From positions 1 to 58,158 of the IMG/VR virus record IMGVR_UViG_3300011116_000399: DNA of 58,158 nt; one strand, written 5' to 3'. This DNA comes from a virus (lineage: Duplodnaviria; Caudoviricetes). Each line of letters starts with the position of its first letter. Position 1 is the first letter of the stretch. The notes beneath the pieces were generated by a model. That model was given only the letters and a program-made list of their open reading frames with translations, was not told where the DNA came from and ran no database searches. Both the position numbers and the translations under genes were made by a program. Positions 9,222-19,100 of the stretch are shown here, one piece after another.

Positions 9222-9667
9222 TGACTTTTACTTATTCGGGTGACCCAAGTACCTCCACCCGTAACTATGTTCGTTTTCTTCTAAACGATACAGATTCCAC
9301 AGATGCTCTTTTCAGCGATGAAGAATTAAATTATGTAATTACTGAGTGGGGTGGCGACGCATATAACGCCGCTAGAGAGTGCGCTGAAATCCTTATTGCT
9401 CGCTTTAGTCGTTTAGCAGATAGTAGTTCCAAGAGCGTTGGCGATATATCTGTTTCTGAGTCTTATTCTTCAAAGGTAACTCACTATAAAGAATTGGCTG
9501 AGAGTTTGTTACGCCGTCAAATGCGTAAGTCTCCTCCTAGCCCATGGGCTAACTCTGAAAGCCTTAAGTCCACAGATGATAGAAGTATTGACGATTACAA
9601 TACCGATTTCTATGTTGGTATCACAGATAATCCAAATAGCAATTACGAACAACGAGTTCCTGAATAG
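9221..9667 (+). CDS. Head-tail adaptor
   Basis: VRFL..DTD....LFSDEE motif; position in the neck module. Confidence 0.8.
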   Translation: MTFTYSGDPSTSTRNYVRFLLNDTDSTDALFSDEELNYVITEWGGDAYNAARECAEILIARFSRLADSSSKSVGDISVSESYSSKVTHYKELAESLLRRQMRKSPPSPWANSESLKSTDDRSIDDYNTDFYVGITDNPNSNYEQRVPE

Positions 9668-9675
9668 GATTACTT

Positions 9676-10011
9676 ATGGATGCGATATATCCAAAGGTAG
9701 CCGAGTTCATGACCGACTCGGTAGTTTTTACACCCAAAGCGTCTGTTGATAAATACAACAAACCTACCTTTGGTGCTTCCAATACAAATGTGACTGTTAC
9801 AGGTCGCCTAATTTATGACACAGTTAAATCTAAAGATGTTCAAGGAGTTGAAGTTGTAGATATTGGACGATTCATCACCTATGGTCCCGCTACCTCAATA
9901 ACGGTAGGTCATAGAATGGTCGTCGGGGCGGACACCTTTACAATCAATGCAGTTGATAACATCGCAGACGAAAACGGAGCGCATCACACCGTAATCAGAT
10001 TTGGGCGGTAG
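9676..10011 (+). CDS. Head closure/stopper protein
   Basis: D.Y..P motif; synteny. Confidence 0.75.
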   Translation: MDAIYPKVAEFMTDSVVFTPKASVDKYNKPTFGASNTNVTVTGRLIYDTVKSKDVQGVEVVDIGRFITYGPATSITVGHRMVVGADTFTINAVDNIADENGAHHTVIRFGR

Positions 10012-10013
10012 TT

Positions 10014-10424
10014 ATGGCAAAGTCGTCTTTTCGACTGGACTTATTTGGCGACAAAGAGTTAGTCAATGCTTTAGAGGCTGGTAAGGAAAATACCCCTCAA
10101 GCAATAGCCCAAGCAATATGGGAAGAAGCCAATTTAATTTTTGCTAAATCACAGATTTTAGTCCCAGTTGATACTGGAGTTCTTCGTGGTTCAGGTGGGG
10201 TATCTGCCCCACAAATGGGAAGCCAAGGCTACTTTGTAGATATTTTCTATGGAGGTCCAGCCGCACCTTACGCCCTATATGTTCATGAGATTATTGGTAA
10301 CTATCACAACCCACCGACACAGGCTAAATACCTTGAGCAACCAGTCATGGAAGCGATGTCCACTATCCAAGAAAACATAAAGGGTAGAATTATCGACATC
10401 ATACAGAAAGGTCACAGGGGCTAA
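10014..10424 (+). CDS. HK97 gp10-like neck protein
   Basis: VPVDTG.LR.S, YA.YVHE, KYLE.P. Confidence 0.85.
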   Translation: MAKSSFRLDLFGDKELVNALEAGKENTPQAIAQAIWEEANLIFAKSQILVPVDTGVLRGSGGVSAPQMGSQGYFVDIFYGGPAAPYALYVHEIIGNYHNPPTQAKYLEQPVMEAMSTIQENIKGRIIDIIQKGHRG

Positions 10425-10849
10425 TGGCAACTATTCTTGAATCAGTAGGTGATTACTTACAAAACACTTCAAGCGCTTTTGGCGCCCATGCTTCTCAAGG
10501 CACCCTTGGAACAAATATATTTCTAGGCACCCTTCCTGAGACCCCCGATGCTTGCGTGGCTATTTATGAGAACGCTGGCAGTTCCCCAACATTTACTATG
10601 GGCAACGGCGGTATCCGAATTGATTATCCAATGCTTCAAATTATCGCTCGGGCGACTCGTGAAGATTACCCAACGGCTAGAGATAAAGCCGACACGATTC
10701 GCATTTTACTTGCGTCGGTGCTTGAACAAACTGTCTCAGGGGTGCATATTATGAGGATTGAACCGATGGGTTCAGTAAACTTGTTAGGAGTAGACCCGAA
10801 GTATCGTCCTCTAGTTTCGGTGAATTTCCGATGTCTAGTACGAATGTAA
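10424..10849 (+). CDS. Tail terminator protein
   Basis: IF.G..P..PD, P..QI..R, LG.D...R....NF. Confidence 0.8.
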   Translation: MATILESVGDYLQNTSSAFGAHASQGTLGTNIFLGTLPETPDACVAIYENAGSSPTFTMGNGGIRIDYPMLQIIARATREDYPTARDKADTIRILLASVLEQTVSGVHIMRIEPMGSVNLLGVDPKYRPLVSVNFRCLVRM

Positions 10850-11019
10850 ACGAGGAGCCACAGGCTCCGATAGAGAGAGTGGCAGACCCTTATGGCAGAA
10901 ACGCAACAACGGATGAGTTCCAGCGATGCTGGAAATGCGACAGGCTCCTCTTCGAAAGCGCAACCCGCCCGTGGAGTATCAGATGCCCCCGCTGTAAATC
11001 TAAAAATAAATCAGGTTGA
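10831..11019 (+). CDS. Mu Com-like zinc-ribbon protein (start may be GTG 10879)
   Basis: RCWKCDRLL...IRCPRCK.KN matches the Com-family pattern. Confidence 0.65.
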   Translation: MSSTNVNEEPQAPIERVADPYGRNATTDEFQRCWKCDRLLFESATRPWSIRCPRCKSKNKSG

Positions 11020-11296
11020 TTTATTTAAGGATTTAGATTCTTTAGTTGGTAGAGGACGACAGCAAGAAGGTTGTTCTATTGGCAAAATGGTTAAACAGTT
11101 AGATGAACCATTGCGTAATAAACTAAATGAAATTTTTTGTAACTCAACAGTTGATTCATCTCAACTGGCTCAAGTTATGATTGCTTACGGACTTGCAGTA
11201 TCATCCTCTGATGTACTTCGTAGACATCGACGCAGACTTATGGGTAAAGAGGGTTGTAAGTGTCCAATAGACAATTTGGTGGTTCCGCTTAAATGA
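10892..11296 (+). CDS. Hypothetical Cys-containing protein (true start probably near 11010)
   Basis: GCSIG...LRRHRR...CKC; ATGA-coupled to the phosphoesterase. Confidence 0.6.
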   Translation: MAETQQRMSSSDAGNATGSSSKAQPARGVSDAPAVNLKINQVDLFKDLDSLVGRGRQQEGCSIGKMVKQLDEPLRNKLNEIFCNSTVDSSQLAQVMIAYGLAVSSSDVLRRHRRRLMGKEGCKCPIDNLVVPLK

Positions 11297-12486
11297 ATTT
11301 AGATGATGCCTTAGATAATTTACTCAAGACATCCGAGATGAATTCAGTTCAAAAGACTGAACCTCGTCAAAGACAAGCGGAGTGGTTACCTGGGGTTACT
11401 TGGCAAGGTGAAGAAGGAACAGTTACAACTCAGCCAATGGAGGGCGATAATGCCCCTGATTGGTCGGGAGTTCTACGAATGTGGGGTCTTGACCCTGAAC
11501 ATTTCCAAGTAGTAGAACCAGTTCTTTTCAATGTGTGGGGCGATACTTTAGGAATTCTAAATCGCCAATGGAAAGGTAAAGTAGTTCGCAAAGGCAAACA
11601 AGAGTTTGCTGATATTGAAGCCCTTATCCAAGAGATTAAAAAACATAAACCCCGTGAGCGCAAGCCAATGGTCGGTGGTGCCTCTCTAGTAGTTTGTGCC
11701 TCGGACTGGCAGGTAGGTAAAAGAGATGGCGATGGTCTAAAAGGTTTAGTTGGTCGATGGCTTCAGGCTATTGATGATGTTGAGTTCAGAATCAAAGAAT
11801 TAAAGAAAATTGGTCGTCCGATAGATTCAATTACGGTTTTATGTCTTGGTGATTTAGTTGAAGGATGCGATGGTCATTATGACATTCAAACTTTTACAGT
11901 TGAAGTTGATAGAAGAGACCAAGTAAAAATTGCTCGTCGTCTTTTAAGAGATGCCCTTATTCGATGGTCAAAGGTTGTCCCTGATATTACAGTCGCCGCT
12001 ATTGGTGGAAACCATGGGGAGAACCGAAAAAACGGTAAAGCCTTTACTACACTAAATGATAATGATGATGTAGCCCTAGTTGAGTCAGTTGCAGAAATCT
12101 TCCAAGCCAACCCTGAAGCATACGGTCATATTCGTTTTGCAATCCCAACAGATGAGTTAAGTTTGACTATTGAAGTTCAAGGAAAAATTATTGGAATTAC
12201 CCACGGTCATCTAGCCCGAAGCGCAGGAAGCCCTGAAGCCAAGTTGCGTCGATGGATTGCTGACCAAACACTAGGTCGTCAAAAAATTGGCGACTGTGAC
12301 ATTTTGGTAACTGGGCATTATCATTCATTTCGTCTATCAGATTGGGGAGGAGTCAAATGGCTACAAGCACCAGCCCTCGACGGAGGAAGCGTGTGGTGGA
12401 GACAATCAACGGGGGAGATTGCGGATGTGGGAGTCCTGACCTTTGTTGTGAGCAGTCAGGGAGTGTCGGACATCCAACTATTATGA
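11293..12486 (+). CDS. Calcineurin-like metallophosphoesterase
   Basis: SDWQ, GDLVE, GNHG, THGH and GHYH motifs. Confidence 0.88.
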   Translation: MNLDDALDNLLKTSEMNSVQKTEPRQRQAEWLPGVTWQGEEGTVTTQPMEGDNAPDWSGVLRMWGLDPEHFQVVEPVLFNVWGDTLGILNRQWKGKVVRKGKQEFADIEALIQEIKKHKPRERKPMVGGASLVVCASDWQVGKRDGDGLKGLVGRWLQAIDDVEFRIKELKKIGRPIDSITVLCLGDLVEGCDGHYDIQTFTVEVDRRDQVKIARRLLRDALIRWSKVVPDITVAAIGGNHGENRKNGKAFTTLNDNDDVALVESVAEIFQANPEAYGHIRFAIPTDELSLTIEVQGKIIGITHGHLARSAGSPEAKLRRWIADQTLGRQKIGDCDILVTGHYHSFRLSDWGGVKWLQAPALDGGSVWWRQSTGEIADVGVLTFVVSSQGVSDIQLL

Positions 12487-12767
12487 ACGACCCAAGAGAT
12501 ATAGCCGCATACGCCGCAGAATTGGTCTCAGGAGACCGACAGGACGCCTATGGGCATCCGCTTGATAACTTTACCCGTGCCTCAAAGATATGGTCTGTAA
12601 TCCTCGGCTGTGAGGTTTCTGCCGAGCAGGTTGCCCTTTGTATGGTCGGAATGAAGGTAGCCCGTGAGGTCAATCAATCTAAGCCCGACACGGTGGTAGA
12701 TGGGATTGGCTACTTCCTTACTCTAGGCATGATTCAGGAAGAGCGTCTAAGAAGGTTGAATTCCTAA
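12483..12767 (+). CDS. DUF6378-like protein (putative nucleotide pyrophosphatase-related)
   Basis: GDR...YG.P.DNF....IWS...QVALCM...K..R...D..VD..GY; ATG 12483. Confidence 0.75.
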   Translation: MNDPRDIAAYAAELVSGDRQDAYGHPLDNFTRASKIWSVILGCEVSAEQVALCMVGMKVAREVNQSKPDTVVDGIGYFLTLGMIQEERLRRLNS

Positions 12768-12810
12768 CCCCAGTTTGATATACTTGTGGTGTCAGAAAGG
12801 TGATGCCATG
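12756..12810 (+). promoter_or_regulatory. Early promoter with operator in the spacer and an SD-loop hairpin
   Basis: TTGAAT-17 nt (containing AACCCCAGTT)-TATACT; GGTGTCA-GAAAGG-TGATGCC hairpin directly before ATG 12808. Confidence 0.75.
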
Positions 12811-13914
12811 AAAGAGTTCAGAATCTCAGAGATTGATGTAGCGAAGACTTTATCCAAGGCTCAAAAACTTGCATCCCGTGGCAAAAGCAAAGGTTTAAGT
12901 GGCGGGTTTGAGGTTCGTATTGAATCACGCTCAGAAATAGTAAATGGCGTTCAAGGCGAGTATTTAGTTTTAGTAATCGAAGGTGAGCCAGTCAAGTTCA
13001 ACGGCTGGCAGTTTGTCGGAGTTGCTGAGTTTATTGAGGGCAAGGCTTTAACAAAAAACATCGCAGGTGGAATCGAAATCAAGCCATCAGATGTAAAGGT
13101 TGGTTACTGCGAGCATTGCCAAAAGACTCGTTCTCGTTCCAAGGTTATTTTTATTCAAAACCAAGAAGGCAAAATAAGTCAGGTCGGTTCAAGTTGCGTC
13201 AAAGATTTTCTTGGTTGGGAGTTCAGCGCCTCAGCCTTGGTAACCGAAGAAGATTTCCAACAGGAGTTTGGTGGTTTTACTGGTGGCAGTTACAGCGGAT
13301 TCGATACTTTAGGAGTTTTAGGAACAGCGGTTTGTGCAGTTGAGAAGACTGGCTATGTTCCTTCAGGTAGCGGTCTTTCTACAAAAGAGGTTGTTTGGGA
13401 TAAATTAAACGGTGGCTTCCACGGGCTTTCCAAATGGAAAGAATTAGTAGGGCAAGAAGTCACAGATGCTCACCGTGCCAAGGCTCAGGAATTGCTTGAG
13501 TTTGGAAAGAACTTCGAAGGCGATTCAGGTTACGCACAGAATGTCAGGATTGTCAGCGGATTGGCTTTCCAAAAGTACAGTACAGCGGGAATCTTGATAA
13601 GTTTGCTCAAGGCTTACCAGCGTCAAACTGAAGAGAAGATTGAGAAGAAAGTTTACAAGTCCGAGATTTTGGCTCCAGTTGGAGAAAAAATTGAGGTAGA
13701 GGTAACCGTTCTTGGCGAGAATACCTTCGAGTCTCAGTTTGGATTGACTACTTTGTACACCTTTGAAAGTGGGGAGTATCAGTTAAAGTGGTTCTCCAGC
13801 CGTGGCTTGAATGTGGAAATTGGCTCCAAGTTAAAATTAAAAGGAACCGTTAAAGGTATCGATGAATACAAGGGAACCTTCTCAACAGTTCTTACTCGAT
13901 GCAAAGCCGTCTAA
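12808..13914 (+). CDS. Hypothetical protein with a CxxC...C zinc site and a C-terminal OB-fold-like domain
   Basis: CEHC...VGSSC; C-terminal G.K.....ESQFG...KWF....KGTVK; has its own promoter. Confidence 0.75.
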   Translation: MKEFRISEIDVAKTLSKAQKLASRGKSKGLSGGFEVRIESRSEIVNGVQGEYLVLVIEGEPVKFNGWQFVGVAEFIEGKALTKNIAGGIEIKPSDVKVGYCEHCQKTRSRSKVIFIQNQEGKISQVGSSCVKDFLGWEFSASALVTEEDFQQEFGGFTGGSYSGFDTLGVLGTAVCAVEKTGYVPSGSGLSTKEVVWDKLNGGFHGLSKWKELVGQEVTDAHRAKAQELLEFGKNFEGDSGYAQNVRIVSGLAFQKYSTAGILISLLKAYQRQTEEKIEKKVYKSEILAPVGEKIEVEVTVLGENTFESQFGLTTLYTFESGEYQLKWFSSRGLNVEIGSKLKLKGTVKGIDEYKGTFSTVLTRCKAV

Positions 13915-13926
13915 AAATCCATACGC

Positions 13927-14038
13927 TATACTGAACCCAATGTGCGCTTAGTCGCCCGAGTTTTTCGTCTCTTCCGTGTCCGAGTGACCTGACGGTCACT
14001 TGGGCTATCTATGTGCCGTCACGGAGGAGGTACAGATG
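13927..14038 (+). promoter_or_regulatory. Tail-operon promoter and structured 5' leader that sequesters the SD
   Basis: TATACT 13927-13932; 12-bp hairpin 13978-14005; CTCTTCCGTG (13969-78) pairs with CACGGAGGAG (14020-29). Confidence 0.6.
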
Positions 14039-14347
14039 GCTCGTTATCGAGTCTTACAAGGTATTGATTACCCACCTAATAAAAGAGCCGAGGCTGGAAA
14101 AGTCGTAGATGACTTACCTGCAACCTCGGTTAAATGGCTTTTGGAATCAGGAATTATTGAAGATGCTGACAAGCCAAGTAAGAAATCAGAAGAGCCAGTT
14201 GTAGAAGAACCAAAAGTCGAACCAGTAGCCGAAAAGGTTGAAGAACCAATCGCCGAAGATGGTTTCGACCCTAACGCTGAAGATATTGATGGCGATGGTT
14301 TCCTTCAAGATGGCACACCACATCAACGCCCAGTTGAGGAGAAATAA
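14036..14347 (+). CDS. Small acidic protein before the tail tube genes
   Basis: GGAGGAGG SD, ATG 14036; C-terminal DIDGDGFLQDGTPHQRP. Confidence 0.8.
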   Translation: MARYRVLQGIDYPPNKRAEAGKVVDDLPATSVKWLLESGIIEDADKPSKKSEEPVVEEPKVEPVAEKVEEPIAEDGFDPNAEDIDGDGFLQDGTPHQRPVEEK

Positions 14348-15078
14348 TGCCTACTTTTCGCCACGGTAAAAATGTCAATATCTTTATTGATGAGTTTGAT
14401 TTTTCTACCTACTTTAATGATGTCAGCGCATCTACCTCAGTAGATACTGCTGAGACAAGCGCTTTTGGAACAAGTGCAAAAACTTATGTAGTCGGTCATC
14501 GAGATGGAACAGTCTCTTTATCAGGTATGTTTGAATCAACAACATCAGTTGGTACTGACCAATTCTTTGCAAACGCTCTTGGTTCAGCCACAAAAATTAA
14601 ACTAATTGTTGCTCCTGAAGGTCATTCAAATGGTGCAGGTGCAATTATGTTGCAAGCGGACGATACATCTTACGAAATCTCAAGTGCCATCGCAGATATT
14701 GTCCAAGCAAGCGCAGAATTCCAATCAACAGATGCAGTAGAACACGGAAAGATTCTTTCTTCAGGTTCGACTGTGACTGCAACTGGAAATGGAACAAGCG
14801 TAGACAATGGAGCCTCAACCGCTAATGGCGGAGCAGGATTCTTGTCAGTTCCAGTAAATACACGCAATGGAAATATCACAGTAAAAATTCAACATTCAGC
14901 AGATAACTCAACCTTTGCTGACTTGATTACTTTTACCGTGGTTTCAAGCACAAGCAAAACTTCACAAAGAGTTGAGGTTGCTAGTGGTACAACAATAAAC
15001 AGATACCTACGAGTGAATTACACAGTCGCAGGTTCAACAGGCTCGGCTACCCCTGTGGTGGCTTTTACTAGGAGGTAA
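14347..15078 (+). CDS. Tail tube protein paralog with an extra C-terminal beta domain
   Basis: MPTFRHGK...SVDTAETSAFG..AK.YVVG shared with 15086. Confidence 0.85.
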   Translation: MPTFRHGKNVNIFIDEFDFSTYFNDVSASTSVDTAETSAFGTSAKTYVVGHRDGTVSLSGMFESTTSVGTDQFFANALGSATKIKLIVAPEGHSNGAGAIMLQADDTSYEISSAIADIVQASAEFQSTDAVEHGKILSSGSTVTATGNGTSVDNGASTANGGAGFLSVPVNTRNGNITVKIQHSADNSTFADLITFTVVSSTSKTSQRVEVASGTTINRYLRVNYTVAGSTGSATPVVAFTRR

Positions 15079-15085
15079 AAAAACA

Positions 15086-15502
15086 ATGCCTACATTTCGT
15101 CATGGTAAATCCACCGTATTCAAAGTAGATAATTCAGGTGGCACACTTACCGATATTAGCAACACCCTTACCGATGTCTCATTCCCACAATCAGTAGACA
15201 CCGCCGAAACTTCCGCTTTTGGAAGTTCTGCAAAGTCTTATGTAGTTGGTTTGTCTGACTCAACTATTTCTATCTCAGGAAATTTTGATGCAACAGTTGA
15301 TGCTCACTTGGCTGGAATTCTTGGTCAAGCGGCTTCAGTTTCATTCGAGTATGGTCCTGAAGGTTCAACAAGCACTTATGTTAAGTACACAGGAGAGGCA
15401 TACCTTACTTCTTACGAGAAGAGTGGTGCTATCGGAGATGTAGTGACATACTCTGCTGAGTTCCAAGTGACAGGTGCCGTAACCCGTGGTACCTACGCAT
15501 AG
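15086..15502 (+). CDS. Major tail tube protein
   Basis: TTP-like fold motifs; GGAGG SD; precedes the tail chaperone. Confidence 0.85.
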   Translation: MPTFRHGKSTVFKVDNSGGTLTDISNTLTDVSFPQSVDTAETSAFGSSAKSYVVGLSDSTISISGNFDATVDAHLAGILGQAASVSFEYGPEGSTSTYVKYTGEAYLTSYEKSGAIGDVVTYSAEFQVTGAVTRGTYA

Positions 15503-15570
15503 TAGGAATTGATTCAAAAAAACTTAATAAATATCGTGACCAATCAATCTAGTGTCCAAGGAGAAAAGAA

Positions 15571-15933
15571 ATGACAGATTTACGCAAAAGCATATTTGAC
15601 GCCGATGATATTACGAAAGAGTTAGTGGAAGTCCCTGAATGGGGAGTGACAGTAGAAATTCGTTCTATGACGGCTGGACAAAGAGCAACACTTACTGAGG
15701 GTGTTACATCCACAGATAAAGTTGATGTTTCTAATATGTACGCAAAAACTGTAATTGCAACCGTGTTCGACCCTGCGACTGGCTTGCCAGTTTTCACAGA
15801 CCAAGACCGAGAAGCCATCCTTTCAAAGAATGGTGCAGTCATTGAGCGTTTGGCAACAAAGGCTCTTGGCAGTTCAGGTCTTAGTGAAAAGGCGGTAGAC
15901 CAAGCACAGGCTCGATTTCCTCAAGAATCCTGA
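15571..15933 (+). CDS. Tail assembly chaperone (gpG-like)
   Basis: EVPEWG..V.IRSM; sits between tube and tape measure genes. Confidence 0.85.
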   Translation: MTDLRKSIFDADDITKELVEVPEWGVTVEIRSMTAGQRATLTEGVTSTDKVDVSNMYAKTVIATVFDPATGLPVFTDQDREAILSKNGAVIERLATKALGSSGLSEKAVDQAQARFPQES

Positions 15934-16111
15934 GAGACGGTTTCTTTTCGAGATAGCAGAAAAGTTAGGTAGGACGGTGGGTGAACTTCTTTACGGAAGT
16001 CCCGCCCACCGACCTCTTAGCAGTATGGAATTGACAGAGTGGAACGCCTTTTATCTTGTCAAAGAAAAAGAGCGTGAGAAAGCGGAGAGAAAAGCGAAGG
16101 CTAGGAGATAA
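15899..16111 (+). CDS. Tail assembly chaperone extension (gpT-like), +1 frame
   Basis: FLFEIAEKLGRTVGELL...SSMELTEW; stop abuts the tape measure ATG. Confidence 0.75.
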   Translation, partial: TKHRLDFLKNPERRFLFEIAEKLGRTVGELLYGSPAHRPLSSMELTEWNAFYLVKEKEREKAERKAKARR

Positions 16112-19100
16112 ATGGCTGAATCACCAACCATGGAAGTCCGTGCCCGATTAACGGCTGACTCCGCACAATTTACAAAAGGTCTTAGCGAAGCAACAAAAAG
16201 CGCTGAAACTTTTCAAACCGCCGCTTCAAACTTAAATAAAGTTCTAGTTGCATCAGGAGCGGTTGCTGGTGGTTTTGCAATCGCCATGCTTGCTTTTGGA
16301 ACTAAGTCTTTCAAAGCGGCGGCTGAAGTTCAACAGTTAGATGTTGCTTTACAGGCTCTCGGTAAATCAACTCGCTATGGTTATACCGCATTAGCCGAAG
16401 CAGTTACACAAATTGAACAAGTTGGTATTCGCTCAACAGCGGCGCAACGAGCAGTAATCAAACTTGCTCAGTCAAATGTTGATTTATCTGAGGCTCAACA
16501 ATTAGCCACTATCGCTCAGAACTTATCTGTAACAGCAAGCGTTAATTCAGCAGATGCTTTGAATTCTTTGGTTTTTGCTATTACAACAGGTCAAACAAGA
16601 ATGTTGCGTCAGATTGGTATTACGGCTGGAGCAACCGAAGCCTTTGCTATTTATGGACGGACAATAGGCAAGAGCGCTAGTGACTTGACTATGGCTGAAA
16701 GACGCCAAGCAGTTCTTAATTTAGTATTAAAAGAAGGCGCCAAGGTTAGCGGTGCTTATGCGTTAGCCATGCAGAGTCCATCAAAGGCTCTTCAAGAGAT
16801 GGCTGACTCAACTAGAAAATTGCAAGAGGCAGTAGGTAAAAGATTGCTTGCGGCTTTTACAAAAATTATTTTAGCCACATTTACTATGTACGACAGATTC
16901 CAAAAAGCGGCTAATGGAACTGGGGCTTTGTCTAAATATCTTGATGCTATGGAAATGGTCTTAACTAAATTGGCAGACCCTTTTGCAAAAATCGCAGAAA
17001 ATGTTGGAAATTTTATTGAGAAAATAGATAAAAGCGAAGTGAGTATCAAATCAATAGCCTCTTCTATGGAAAAACTTTTACCTATTGCTGTTGGTTTTAC
17101 AACATTTTTTGGTATTAAAGCAGGTAAATCTTTAGCGCAAGCGGCGCCATTCTTTCAAGGTTTCTTTGGAGCATTATCACGATATGCAGGACTATTTACG
17201 GCTTTCACCGTAGTATTGACATCTCCTCAAATACGAAATGCAGTTGGACAAATAATCTCTGCTTTCAAACCATTGCTTCCAGTATTACAACAAGTTGGAG
17301 GAGTGCTATCTATTTTATCAGGAATCATAACGGGTGTAATTGCTAAAGCGCTTACTGGTTTAGCAAACCTCGTTAGAACAATTACAGGTTTCTTTTCAAA
17401 CAATGCAAGAGCCACACAAATCCTTGTCATAGCGTTTACGGGAATAGCAACTGCTATTGGTTTAGCAACAGTAGCCTTCTATGCTCATGCGGCGGCTATT
17501 AAAGTGGTTACTTTTACTCAGGCTTTATTGCAAGTCGCAACTGTTTTATTGACTGGTGGGCAACTTGCAAGCATCGCTTCAACAAATGGACTTGCGGCGT
17601 CAATGCTTAGACTCAATGCAGTTCTAGCGGCTAACCCAATTATGCGTATTGTTTTGATAATTGGCGCTTTGGTCACAGCCCTTGTAGTTGCTTACAAGAC
17701 TTCTGAGTCTTTCCGCAAGGTTGTAGGCATGGTCTTTAACTTTGTAGCAAAAGTAGTTATTACTGTGCTTGGTTACATCATTCAGTATTTTGGTCATGTT
17801 CTAAAAGCCTTGGCTTCAGCAATGAGAACCTTTGGATTCTTTGGCGAAGTTATAGCAAAAGTATTTGAGTTTGTTATAGATGTATTTTTGACCTTTGTTA
17901 AATTTGCATTAACCTCAATTAAAAATGTTATTGATGGTTTTGTTACTCTGATGGAAACAAACGACACTCTTCGTAAAATTGTAATTGCAGTATTCAACAC
18001 AATTATTAGAGTAATTGCTTTGGCGGTTACTACTATTGTTACAACTTTTGCTAATATCTTAAAGGCTATTGCAACCGCTATTTATTTCTTTGAAAGATTA
18101 TTAGATGTAGGTAAGACTATTGCAAAGGGAGTTATCTTAGCGTTCTTGGCTCTAGGTAAGGGTGTCGTAGGAGTATTTGGCAAAGTTGCAAGTGGCTTAG
18201 GTAATTTCCTTGATAACGCATTAACAACAGTAATAGACTGGGTTAAAAAAGTTACTGCTCCTTTGATGAAAATTCCTATTGTTTCTAATGCTGTAAGTGC
18301 GGCGCTTGGAGCATTAAATGGTATAGCGGCTTTTGCTAGTTCAAAACTTGAAGGTGTAGCAAAATCTATAACAGGTTTATTTAGTGCATCTGATGATGCT
18401 GGTGCTAAATCAGTTGATGCAATTACGGGTGTATCTAAAACTCTTATTAAGGCTTCACAAAGTTGGGGTAATTATTCCGAGGGTGCGGCTGGTGCTATTT
18501 CTAATGTTGCAAACAAAATGCTTGACTTCAATATAAAGGTTGTTGATTTAGCCGCACAAGATAATGGCACAAAGATTGTTGAAGGTTTAATTGCAGGTGC
18601 TAAAAAAGCATCCCCACTTCTTGAAAAAATGATTGCTGGTCTTGGTACTGCAATTAAGTTTGATTTTGCTGGAACCGTAGGAAAATTTATTGAGGAAGTC
18701 GCTAATAAGGCTGATGAAGCAGGAGATAAGTTAATTGAATTTGGTAAGAAAATGGTTGTCTTTGCTAAAGAGACGGACTTTGCCGAAGGCTTAAAAGATT
18801 TTATTGGAAATATCAAAGATAGTCTTGAGGAAGGTCTTGGCTTTGGTGACATTCTTGCTAAAGAAAAAGCAAAGGCTGAAGAAATTAAAGGTGGCGGAAT
18901 TGATGAAGGCGCTCTTGAAGATATACAGGGTTCAGCCGATTTGATGAAAAAAATCCGTGAGGCAATGAAGGCTGGTATCGAGTCTATGAGCGATGTTCTC
19001 AAAGACTTGCAACAAGCGGCTAAAGATTTTGCTGACTCACTCAAAGACACAATTTTAGGTTTTGCTGGACTCAAGGGAGTAGAACTGCCTGACGGATTTA

